Source of the DNA: Auanema rhodensis
Lineage: Eukaryota; Animalia; Nematoda
Direction: 5' to 3'
Assembly: GCA_964057225.1 (NCBI GenBank)
Contig: OZ059896.1
Location: forward strand, 7,378,001-7,442,000
DNA length: 64,000 nt
Part shown: positions 39,501 to 51,855 of the stretch, in pieces
Position numbering within the stretch: position 1 is the stretch's first letter
Layout of the letters: each line of letters opens with the position of its first letter
Notes under the pieces: generated by a model
Seen by the model: only the letters and a program-made list of their open reading frames with translations
What the model was told of the DNA's origin: nothing
The model's database searches: none
Made by a program: the position numbers and the translations under genes

Positions 39501-42500
39501 GGCCGGACTTAACGCCCAGGACATTAACAGCTGACGGACAATGTCAATTTTGCGGTAAAACTGAGCAAGATTCTACATTTTTGCTTGTTTAACTGACATC
39601 TTCCACAGCTGAAAGAGTGACGATTTTAGCGCAACGCTTGTGAGCTCCACTGTCCTTCTTTATCATATGCGGCTGTCATCAGCGGCACTTTGGGTGACTG
39701 CAACTGTTGCACACATAAATTGCGCCACGTCGGCTGCACCTGTCGTCAATGCTTTGTGTACAAGCCGATATTTGTGTGAAGTTTCAGTTCACGTTCTAAA
39801 AGCGATGAAACTGAGAAATGAACTGAGACTTTTTGAAGATTATTGCAGATGTAGTAGGAAAAGCAGATTTAGTAACATTATAGCAAAAAGCTATTATATG
39901 CTTCCATTAACTATTCATGATATCGAGGTTGACAGAGTATTCTAGTTAAGCGACAATTCAGGAAAAAGATTTCCCTTGAGATCATACCTCAATTGCATCA
40001 GTATCAGTTTATAAAATCTGTGTGGCTTGTCAGTCAAGCCATTCCCAGCAGCTTGAGCTCAAACTCATCCTGACATAGTGAACGCAATATGTCTAAGTAT
40101 ACGGTATTCCATGATGAAGCGAGTTTTCAGTTTTCAGAAAATCTTAATAGTAGTTTAACTATTTATTTTTAAAATAAGATTCTAACAAAACTTAAAAGTT
40201 GAAATCCTGGTATGATTTTCTTCGATTTTCAATAAATCACTTTTTGTATTTTCCGCGTGCTTTGAAAAAAAGCCGCCTGTTCAGTATACTTCTAATCTCG
40301 TTGTTTCACTTAGGTTAAAATATTTTTAGTCGTTAGATTTTATAATTTTATGAACCACCTGAAGTTATATACGTTGAAACATATGATTGACATCATATTA
40401 GGGCATCAACTTGTTCACAATGTTCTTTAAAGAGTTTGCATTCCGAAAAGATTATACAAATCGTTTATAATATTCATTTTGATGATCTTAAATGGTTTCT
40501 CAATACAACTTTTCAGCTTTTCACTATCTTCACCATATTTTTCTTCACTATTCTCTTCTTTGTATTACTCTTTCTCTCATTCTCTCCTAAAGTCATGGTG
40601 TCATGCCTAATCCAGCAGACTGTTCAATGAATCTTCATTCAAAGATATATCACATAGTTAATGTTGTCTATATGCCACCAATTGCTTATTATTCATTATA
40701 ATCTTTCGTTTATAAGGCTTTTCTCGCCTTTTCAAGCCTGCTGTCACCCCGACAATCCTGATACCACACGCTCATCTCGGCTTCTGTCGTTGATTCGTCT
40801 ATAATAGAAAATCGTCCCTCAGGGAATTATGGAAGACATCCTAGTTCTCCTTTGATTTAAGTCACTCAAGCACACACAATAAGACGAATATAAATGTAAA
40901 CAAACAACACAATTCGATTTCTATAAATTCAAATAGAGGTGATCATTTGCTATATTACTTTTTTGGTAGAGCTCAAGAAATGCGTATAAGTGTTAGAATT
41001 CTGTCATCATTCTTTTATCTTGTTTTTTTTCTTCAATGGTATTAACAAGAAAGGGAACCTCTTCTTCAAAGTCATGGATTCCATCAGAAGGATAAGGTCA
41101 AAGGTTTTTCCGCCAAAACGATGTTGAAGAACACGACGACGACGAAACTGCGTCGACGACGTCGAGATTGTAATCAGATGCGGATGGCGGCCGACTTTGC
41201 TTCTGTTTCTAGCGTGGTCAACACGAATGGTCAATGGAGAGAAAACACATAAGGATCCATTGGAATGGGGCTTTCTTAGAAATTTCTAAATATATTGAAA
41301 TAGTGTTGAATAGGGACAAACCGATGAGATGAATATTTGAACTTTAAGGTCGACATATACTTCAAAACAGAGTTAAGTAAAACATATAGAACTATCAGTT
41401 TATATGAAATAGAATTTGAGCTTTGGAAAAGGGATTTCAGTTTCTATATGATTATAGTAAAACCATCTGTCGTTGCATATGCCACCGGTAATACTTCCAT
41501 TACGTTTTCCCTTACATCTCATTAACACTTCACCATCAAATATGACAGCTTCAGCTTGTCGGCATTTATTGCCCAAAACGCGTACTGATGGACGTATATG
41601 CTCACAAACCATGTCTTGAGAAAAACAGAATTTTTATTACCTTATGTATATGTAGGTCAGTTATAATTGAAAACCTCTTGAGGCTGTCGGATCCATTCTC
41701 TTCAACAGTTTTTGGTAATGAACCAAACGCGGTAAACGGCAAAACGGAGTTAAATCAAAAGGTATAACATCAGAAGAGAACGAGGTAAACGACAACAACG
41801 GGAACGATGATGATGAACAACATGATGATTGGATGAGATAAGAAGCGTGACACAGCCAGTTGTTTGGTAGCGCATTTTTTCTTGAAAATTGCACATTTTT
41901 ATGGCCAAATTCAATGATTCTTCGTTTTCTCAAATTTTTTTTGTAGACAACATGAAAAATACACTGAAAAAATATAAACTTACAACATATTTTGTATTTG
42001 GTAAGTATTTCGTTTAATAAAATCTTCAGAGGGATTTCTTGAAAATTAATAAAAAATTTAGAAAATGAATGCTCATTATTGAATTGAGTTCAAATATCTT
42101 GAGTTCAATACAACACTTTCCTGAAATTCAAAATTTTCTTCCAGAGAATATTTGGGTCATAGAACTTTGTCTATCCGTTCACCTTGTACCGTAAGATTAC
42201 GGTAGTCAGCCTATGTCGAAGGCCTACCTTCTTCTCTGTTCTCCTTGTTTCTCTCTCCCATCTCTACCTTTCTCATGATATTTCTTTCTTTAGTTTTGGT
42301 CTCCATAACTGTTTTGATTCTTCTTAACATACAAGGCAAAACGATGACTTCATGTGTGAAGAGAGGCAGACGACAACGACGTCGGACTCTGAGAAAGGGA
42401 GGCACAGAGAAAGATTGAAGGCCTGCTTCAGACGGGACATGAAAAGTGAGAATACGTGTCACTTACGGAGATTATTATCTTTTATTCTGTCAGTTCTTCA

Positions 42501-44244
42501 TTCTTTCCTCGCATATTTCTGCATCTGTAACACATTCGTCGTCACCTCGTCACTGGTGCTTCAAAGCCACGACGACACCATGACCGAAGTCGCCGTCGTC
42601 AACCATACAACAGCTAGCAGAGGAAAAGAAATCTCTTTCTTTTTTATTCTCTTGGTTAAATAACTTATTCAAAATAAAACTTTTTTTTAATTGGAGGGAC
42701 TAATGTGGATAATTAGTCTTTAAAGGTCACAAAGTATTGACGTGTAACATCAAAGAAGCTCTGTGATCGAGAGACGCTTGTCAACTGAGGGTGAAGAAGC
42801 CGATTATAGTGCCTTTAGCATTGGAAACAGGTGAATAGCCAGCAGGACCTAGGTTAACGAGATAATTAGCTAATTCCAAGAGCTGTTTTTGCTTCTAAAT
42901 CATGAGATATGGAAAGATTGAAAAGCGATATCTAAAACATTGCTACTGTAAGATTCGGGATCAAACTGTATTTCCAACATTATTGAGATTATATGGATTT
43001 TGAAATACTAAATCATTCTGAGAGACAGATGACGAGACGAATGGCAAGCAAGGATTGTCGGTATAGCTAAGAAGACAACTGTTGATGTCAATGTATGAAA
43101 GTGGAAAACAATGTTTTATCAAGCTGTAAATATGAATCTTATTAAAAGCCATAAATGAGAATATGAATAAGAGGATGAGAGTGTGAGAGAGAAGAAGAAG
43201 GGGGAGAGAAAGAGAGAGAAGAACAGATCCATGTAAGCCATCTGAGATTTGACATTTGACTTTGTCTGTCAACGCAGACTATAACTGGCCAGCAACCAAG
43301 ACTATTCTAAGAGAGTAGCCAAGACAGCTGGCATGGATCTGAATGTTATGAGCCTTTAAATCGTCATCTTCAGACAGTTAAATCGTCATATTAACACATT
43401 TAAATAGCCGATACTTAAGAATATTAAGAATGTTTTAAAATTATTTTAGATGAGCAGCATGTTATGTAGTTGAAACTGAAACAGTCTTCCAGCTTATTCT
43501 ACACCATTCTTGTGATTTTCTCTATTTTCTTTATTCGCTGCCCCATGGGTGTCCTTATGGAGGGTTATAGACAGTGCCAACGACTTGCAAATGAGATGCT
43601 AAACAGGCATCGATAGGCTGTCTGTTTCTCTTATAGCTAGCAATCTGGGCTTTTCATTCGTCAGTCATAACAATTTTCATTTTTCACTTTTCACTTTCCA
43701 AACATTGGACCAGACGGTTCATATTCACTCATGGAAGATGAGCAAGATTTCATGTTTTCAATCATTATGACATGAAGTGCTAGTGGATGATTTGAAAATG
43801 AAAGTATGACAGACGGATTTTGAACGATTTCAAGAGAGAAAAGACCATCTGATGACCGTTTAAAATAAATTTGAATACTAGAAATAGTATAAGAAATTAA
43901 GAGAGAAGGAAAGAAAACAAATGATATAACTGATGATTGTTATGAACAGATTCATTACATTATTCAAGAAAATATATATATATATGAACAGACGGTATCA
44001 CTTTATGCTTCATTAAATTAATTTGAAACATACAATATAATATTAAAATATTTGAAATCTGTTCATTTTTTTATTTATTTTTATTAAAAAAAAACTGTTT
44101 TTTTCTATTATATTGTTCCCTTTTACTATATAATGTGTGTAACTTCTCTATTAAACGGTTCAAACAAGTTAAGGCTTTCACTTCTTCATGTCCTTGTTCG
44201 AATATTCAGTTAAAATACAGAATTAAAAACTTTTAATTATAAGT

Positions 44245-44248
<4 letters not shown>

Positions 44249-44291
<43 letters not shown>
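44249..44291. repeat. (TA)n microsatellite
   Basis: About 21 perfect TA units. Confidence 0.95.
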
Positions 44292-44297
<6 letters not shown>

Positions 44298-45926
44298 TTA
44301 TAGTTAACATGCAATAACGTTAATTACTATGTTGATGGGAAGTAGCGTAACTGTCCGATGTCCTTCTATCCAAAAATGATGAAGCTCATAACCATAAAAG
44401 CATTTTATTATCGAATGTGACGATGTTGATAGCATCAGAAGAGTTACATTCAGAAACATTCTGAAGAACAGTCATCTATCTCAAAACTTTATGTCAAACA
44501 ACTCATGTTTATAACCAATAAATCAGTTACACTGGAGTAAGAGTCAAGGTTAATGAAGAAGAGAAACCAAAATGGAAGGTAATGAGGTTGCTCAGAGGTC
44601 GATCACGGCCATATATGCCATCGGCACATTAATTACTGGTCCCATAACTCTAAAAAGAGACAAGTTGTCTTAAGTTGATTATAATTTTAAGAATTCTTGC
44701 AATGAGAATTGAGGGATAGAGTGAGAAATCCTTTGATCAAACTAATTTTCTTTATAATTAGAGGAGCAATTAAAGAAATATGAATATACCTATCTTATAT
44801 CAACCGTTCGTCAATGATAAAGGGAAATAAGACTCACGTGTATACATGCTTGTTCACGTAAATCCGTTCACGTGAATTCAGTGTATATGCTAATTTCCAT
44901 TAATATTTCTAATTAGCATTATAACCATACAATAGAAACTTTTGATATTCAAAAACCACAAAGTTAAAGCTAATGGCAGTCGAATCGCTTGGCTTGTGCT
45001 GTAATGCCACCAGCATTAAGAAGCATGATACCGTAAATGAAACCACAGGTATCATAAGCTTAAAAGAATATTTGACCGAAAAATGCCTTTGAACAGCAAG
45101 GTGTGACACAGCTGGATCCCATGTCGGACGTTATTTGTTGTTGTTGTACTGCTCACCCCAATATAGCTGTCGGCTATACACGTGCTGCCACGTACAATAA
45201 CTCTTTGAGCATCAACGTATTTTCCGACAAAGTTTAAATATATTCGTTTAAATTCTATAAAATGTAAAAGGGAACAGTTTCTATTAAAATATTTTCTATA
45301 TCATCTTGTACAATATTCAAATAATCTGAAATCATTTAGTTTTTTGAATAAAATTTTTATATTTTAATATACCGTATAATCTAATATTTATTTTATGATA
45401 TCTAATAATTAAATTATATCCCATAACCTAAGCCACATCAATTACTAATTGATGATAATAATCGTTTTTCGGTAACAAATTCCTTTCACCTAAAGAGTTG
45501 TTGCGATGACTATGATCGACTGAGCAGGCTTGGACGTTGAGAAACTGATCTCATCTCTTAGGTTTCCGATTATACACGAACTTCCTGTGATTCTGACATC
45601 AATCGTTACCTACCACATTAGCATAACATGTGAAAAAGGGATTTATAATATTTAAGAAAATAAAAATAAATAAATTTGAGTAAATCAGGAAAAAAATTGT
45701 GTAAGTAATACATAAGTAATATAGAAAATGTTGACAGTGGCGCAGCATTTTGCCCACTTCCCATATTTCACGTTTTTTGTATTTTTCAACTGTTTTTATG
45801 ATTCAAAACATGTATTAACTTATTCAAAAACAGTTAGAATCAAAATATTTTAAATGAATTAACTTGTTCAGTTAGTTTTGAGTTATATTAACAAATATTT
45901 TGACTGAATATATACTATATGAACTC

Positions 45927-46573
45927 TTTCTTATTTTATGTCAAACTTTTAGTTTTTGAATATTCGTTATAAAATCTTTTTATTATTATAAATTAAACAT
46001 TTAAAATTATTTACTTATACTTTATTATAATATAATCTTAATAATTTTATTATATTTATTTTAAATATTAAGAAATATCAGAGTTTTGAAATTGAATAGT
46101 ATGGAGATGCAACTCAGATAAAAATGCTCAAATGTGCTAAATCATTATTTAGTTTATGTGTGATTTTTGCCTCATTTATGATTAATTACTTAAATGATTT
46201 GTCCTTCTAAGGTATGTTTCAAAGAGAATGAAAGATGAAGATTTCAGTAAGAAAACTGGAGAGAGTACGAGAGAAAAAGGTCAGAGAGGTAAGAGGTGGC
46301 AACCAGGAGTAGGCACGACACTAGAAAGAAGGATTTGAGTGACGAGGTCGATCTGATATCATCAGTCAAAGAGCGGCCGGAGAGTCGTTGCCTCAACTCA
46401 GACTACCGTAATCCGATTTGAGAATATGATGATTAGTGGCCGGAAGAGCCATATTAGAAACATAAACAGAAAATCTGTGTTGTCAAGGTTGCACTCATAA
46501 GGAATCAGTCAAAGGCCAGAAGAGCTCTAATCAAATAAAAAGTGAGAAAGAGAGAAAGAGAGAGAGAGAGAGA

Positions 46574-46626
<53 letters not shown>

Positions 46627-47811
46627 AGATTGAGAGACAGCAAAATTAAAAAAAAAAGAAAAAACATTTCTCGAAAGTGAAGAATTATCAGATTAAATTA
46701 CTCAGCTGTTAAAGGCTCTACTAAGATATATTGATTTATTTTTCAATATTTATCTAATTATTACATCTTCCTGTATTTTAGATATAAGTTTCCCTTTGGT
46801 ATTTATATGAAAAAAATAATTAATTATGCTATTAGATATATATATATATATATTATATAAGTCTTAAAATGCCATTGGCATATACATGACAAATTAATTA
46901 ATTAATATTAATACTTATATAATTATTTAATTATAATTATTAAAAACATCTTCTATGTATTAAGTAGGATTTGAAGACACTATGGAATTTTTATTTTCTG
47001 GTGATCAGCAGAGTGATAACTGATGTTTTCTTTCATAAATAACTTTATTATAACAATCAGCAAATCCAAAAATATGACTCATTGGAGAAAGAAAGTACAG
47101 AAAGTTATATTTCCTTTTCTATTTTTGTGTGTATTTCTTAATTTTATATTGTAGGATAACCTTCGTGTCTGAAATCCATCCAAAAGTATTTTGTTTGTTC
47201 ATCGTTGAAAAATATGTAAGAAGACCAAATTTGCTCGACCTGAATCAATAATTGATTTTACTTGTATACCATTCATGCTCTATCGAAAAGAAACATCGGC
47301 GTATTGTTAGCCAATGATACTTCATCATCTTTGGTTAACTGGGACCCTGCGGCATCTGCTTTACTAAGAAATACATCCAAATAAATGTAAAACATATGTA
47401 GAAGAAGATATTGATCACATGTTTCAATGATAACATTTATTCATTTCACCATGCTGATTTAGATTTGATCCACTAGAGGGAAAAATATTGATGAAATCTT
47501 CATCTTTCATTCTCTTTGAAACATACCTTAGAAGGACAAATCATTTAAGTAATTAATCATAAATGAGGCAAAAATCACACATAAACTAAATAATGATTTA
47601 GCACATTTGAGCATTTTTATCTGAGTTGCATCTCCATACTATTCAATTTCAAAACTCTGATATTTCTTAATATTTAAAATAAATATAATAAAATTATTAA
47701 GATTATATTATAATAAAGTATAAGTAAATAATTTTAAATGTTTAATTTATAATAATAAAAAGATTTTATAACGAATATTCAAAAACTAAAAGTTTGACAT
47801 AAAATAAGAAA
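45927..47811. repeat. Perfect 320-bp inverted repeat (arms 45927-46246 and 47492-47811) with a 1245-bp spacer
   Basis: The arms read as exact reverse complements by eye. No target-site duplication was seen. Confidence 0.92.
46545..46623. repeat. (GA)n microsatellite
   Basis: Long, nearly perfect GA run inside the inverted-repeat spacer. Confidence 0.92.
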
Positions 47812-48685
47812 AATAATAAGATTACAAACAAAAAAAGGCGGTAACCAATACAAAAAAGAACGAATTTATCAGTAATTAGAAGATAAATGATTAACATTAT
47901 CTGAGTAAGCAGTTATAGATAATAATATTATAAACTATAATCAGAATAAATAATTTTTTAATATTATTCATTTAGTATAAAATATTTTTGATATGACTAA
48001 ATGATCAAATGATTATAACGAATATTTTAATCTCAATGAATAATTCTATTGTTATCTTGAGTTACATAGTTTTAAATCAAAATATACATATGTACAGCAG
48101 TCTCGTGCGATAAAAGTGGGATGCCCCTATGATAGAAGCCTCAGAAAACCCCTTCAAACTACAAAAAAAATAAAAAAAGAAACTCAGGATTTCTAGTGAG
48201 TGTCTCAGTTTCATCGCAAAGGATTGTATGTATGTACTTTGTAGATCAATAATGAGTAATACTTTATGGAATAGTCCTTCTGTAGATAAGCTGAACCAGA
48301 CATTTATCACAAATTATCAAAATATCATCATAATTAATTACAGATCAAAAAAGTTTTTTTCTTTTTCTATGGAAAAAAAACTGAATATTTCAAATATTTC
48401 AACAATCATATTTCTAATTTCTGATAATTCTATGACATAACCTCCTTAATTTTATGATATGAATCATTGAAATCATAACGTCATTGATATTCAAGATAAA
48501 AAACTGTCTTCCGCTCTCTCTCTTTGATTATATGTATTTGCTTAGATTCTTTATGAAGCAAGATTCTTTCCCCTTTCCTAGACATTATTCATGTCAGACT
48601 TTCTGCACCCACATCATTTCACTGATAAGAAAAGCTTGAAATAGAAGTAAAATCAGACATTTCAGCCAGACTGCACCAAGCAGCC

Positions 48686-51218
48686 ATGCACTCATCGGTT
48701 TTTATTCTTTTCAGTCTACTATTGCCAATTGTAGCAATAAATGAATTAAAGTTAGCTGAAAATGATGCTCAATTTCCAGGTAATATCTATCTATTTATAA
48801 TTTTAAATTATAATAAATATAATTAAGCTGCAATGTATAATATAACTGTTAATTCTGCCTTGGGTGGAACAACTGTGAATAGGTTAACTAATCAGATATT
48901 AAATATTATGAGTACTGATCAATATGGTGTAAGATTAAATTGAATATTTAAGAAAAAAATATATTTTTCTTTAGATTTCATTCAGTGCTGTTCTGAAATA
49001 TTCAAACAAAATACTCGTACAAAATAATAACTGTATTATTAAAAATGCAACATCAAATCAACAATTAATGACGTGAGTTTTAATTTAAATATAAAGATAA
49101 ATTATTATTTTAAGTTTATATGATTTTATTGCAAATAATATTAATACTATCGTCTATGATTGTTCACTTATTGTTGATTGTTCAAATAATGGCATGGCTA
49201 CTAATATTTTAATTCTTGTTCAAAGTGGTTTAGGTGAGAAATAATCTTTTTAATAATTTAAATTTAAATTTATATTTATACTAATTATATTATTTTGATA
49301 GCTGCTAGACAATTCAAGTATTATATGGTTTATGATCATATGCTGCCAATTCAAACACCATCCGCAAGTAATTCTTCTATTGGTATGACACTAATTACAC
49401 GTGATCAAAGTGATGTTCATATTAATTCAGTGAAATTTCAAGTAAGTTTATTATAAATTTATTATTATTTTAATTAAATATTTATATTTTTTAGATTGGA
49501 AATAGCTTAAGCTATTGTAGTGGTTTACCATCATGTGTTACCAAATCTAATATAACTAAATCATCTATTCTTCCAATTTATATACCAAAACCATCTGCGA
49601 CAACATTTTTCATGAAAAATGTACAAGCAACTATAGTTGCTTCAGATGGTTACAACAAGCTTGTTTCAAGCTGTGACAAGTTAACAACAGTTAAACAAAC
49701 TTCAGAGGATATGCCACCATATACATTCCCTGAAAATGCTTCTAATTCATTTTCTTATACAGATGATACATTTAAATGTCAATGGAGGGTATGTTTATAT
49801 AAAAAATAATATTATATTTATTAAATTATATTTAAGATTGTTCCATTGAATTATAATTATTATGCTAAAATTAGTATTTTTAATATGATGGGTGAGACAA
49901 CTAGCTTAGAAGTTCAAGCTGATAATGGTTTTAAATATTACTATTCACCGTCAGTTCAATTAAATATATTTTTATTATTAATTTGTATTATATTTCAGAG
50001 GAAATTATTCTTCATCTTCACACACTGACTATGATGGTTATCGTGGCCCTATGGCATTAAGTCCTGTTTTATTACTTACACCTGGATACATTACTTTAAC
50101 ATCAAATAGAGGAAGAGGAATGCTACAATTTACTGTGCATTTCATAAGAATAAGTTGGTTTTCACTTATCTTTATAAAAATAATTTTAAATTATCTATTT
50201 ACATATTTTAGATACAAATATTACGTATGTCCCTTATACAGCAGATAGTCGTTCAAGAATCTTACACTTGACGAATAACAGTAATCACGCCTACCTTTTC
50301 GCACCAAAAAACTTTCCAGTACCATATGTTTTTAATGTAATCGTTTAATTAATTATACTATTAATATATATTTTATTATATTTTAGAATCCACGCATTAT
50401 GCTTCTTGGTACAGTAACTCCACAACAAACCCTTTTGGCTACTTATTTCGATCAGTGCTTCTTAACTACATATAATTCACCGGATGCTTCTGGTCCTGTA
50501 CTCTATCGATACAAGTATATTTTCATTGAAAAAAATCATTTTATCATATGTTGTTGCAGCTTGAATGAAATTCTTATGTTCAAGAAGCCAATAGTTTTCA
50601 AATCAGCTACAACATTATGTACTAATTCAATATCCTTGAGCGCTGATATCTTGGTCCGTGTTGGAAATGCTGATGGTACGTCTATTATTATAAGAAAATC
50701 TTATTTTTAATAATTTAATTTTCAGTTTTAAATAGTTATAATGCTGCTGCTTTTCGTGTTAGAGGTGATAGTGGAAGTAGTGGAACTGAAACAATTCGCT
50801 ACAAAAACCCCTCAGTTCCAACAACAGGAACTCAATTTTTGACTATTTCTGAGAATAATCCATCTATGTATTCAACACAATTGAAAGCAATTATTAGTAA
50901 CCATGTAAACTATTTGTTATATTAATAATTATTATTTTTATTATTTTTAGAATTCCGCTATTGTTAAGGTACATAATGGATCGGATTCAGATTTTGTACA
51001 AAAAAGCTTAACGCCATCATCTCAAGATCTTCCATGGGTGACACCTGGAAGCTTAGTCACCTATGAATTCCAATCAACTGTTTTAGCTCTTGATGTTGGT
51101 CGCAGATATAATTCTGGTTAGTAATGGAAATTATTTCAAATTTATTTCCTTGTTTTCAGCATCATCATATGGGATTTCAACAGCTTTATTAATGTTATTT
51201 ACTTATATTTTACATTAA
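48686..51218 (+). CDS. Large secreted, probably GPI-anchored, Asn/Ser/Thr-rich surface protein (possible CUB-like domains)
   Basis: TTTCAG acceptor upstream, signal peptide MHSSVFILFSLLLPIVA and ~13 exons in very AT-rich introns. The segment PPYTFPENASNSFSYTDDTFKCQWRIVP is CUB-like. The C-terminus SSYGISTALLMLFTYILH* resembles a GPI signal. Confidence 0.7.
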
Positions 51219-51490
51219 GTAGATGAATTAAGAAATAATATATAGTTAATACGATATAACTATTATTATTATTTTTATTATTAATTTTATTATGAGCTTA
51301 TTTACCTATTTTTAAAAAGTTTTATAATAAATAATTTTTTATTAAATGTAATAATTATATATGTATATGAACATATTCAAACAAACTTTTTTAGACAAAT
51401 AAGTTAAGATTAATTAAAATATTATTTTATATTCGTTTAAATATATTCTAATTTTATTTTTGTTTGTAAAATTTAAAAATAAATTAATAA

Positions 51491-51505
51491 GGGAGGGGGG
51501 GGGGG
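51491..51505 (+). repeat. Poly-G tract (potential G-quadruplex)
   Basis: GGGA followed by 11 G in an extremely AT-rich convergent intergenic region. Confidence 0.6.
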
Positions 51506-51855
51506 CGCACATTTCATTTGGACCACCTAATATAAACTATAACATCATATCAACATATTATAATTTATAGATAATTTCTTCTTCTTCATTTTTCATTGAA
51601 AACAAATAATTTTTTTATTGTCAGATTTGATGATTTCCCGTTAAAATGCTATTAAAATTAAATAAAAATTGTATATTTCTATGATAAAAGCATTTCTGAA
51701 AAAATAATGTAATATCTCGATTTTTATATAAATTATATAATTGTATATATGTATGTATGTATGTATATATAACTAAAATATAATAAATAATAATCAAAAA
51801 TCAAATTTATTGTACAAATCTTTCATATTTTCAAATATTTGTGTTATAAATATAT

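Noticed and set aside
42725-42770. miR-2-like sequence (reverse complement GATCACAGAGCTTCTTTGATGTT) in a short hairpin
   Set aside because: The hairpin is only ~45 nt and bulged, with no proper partner arm for a pre-miRNA.
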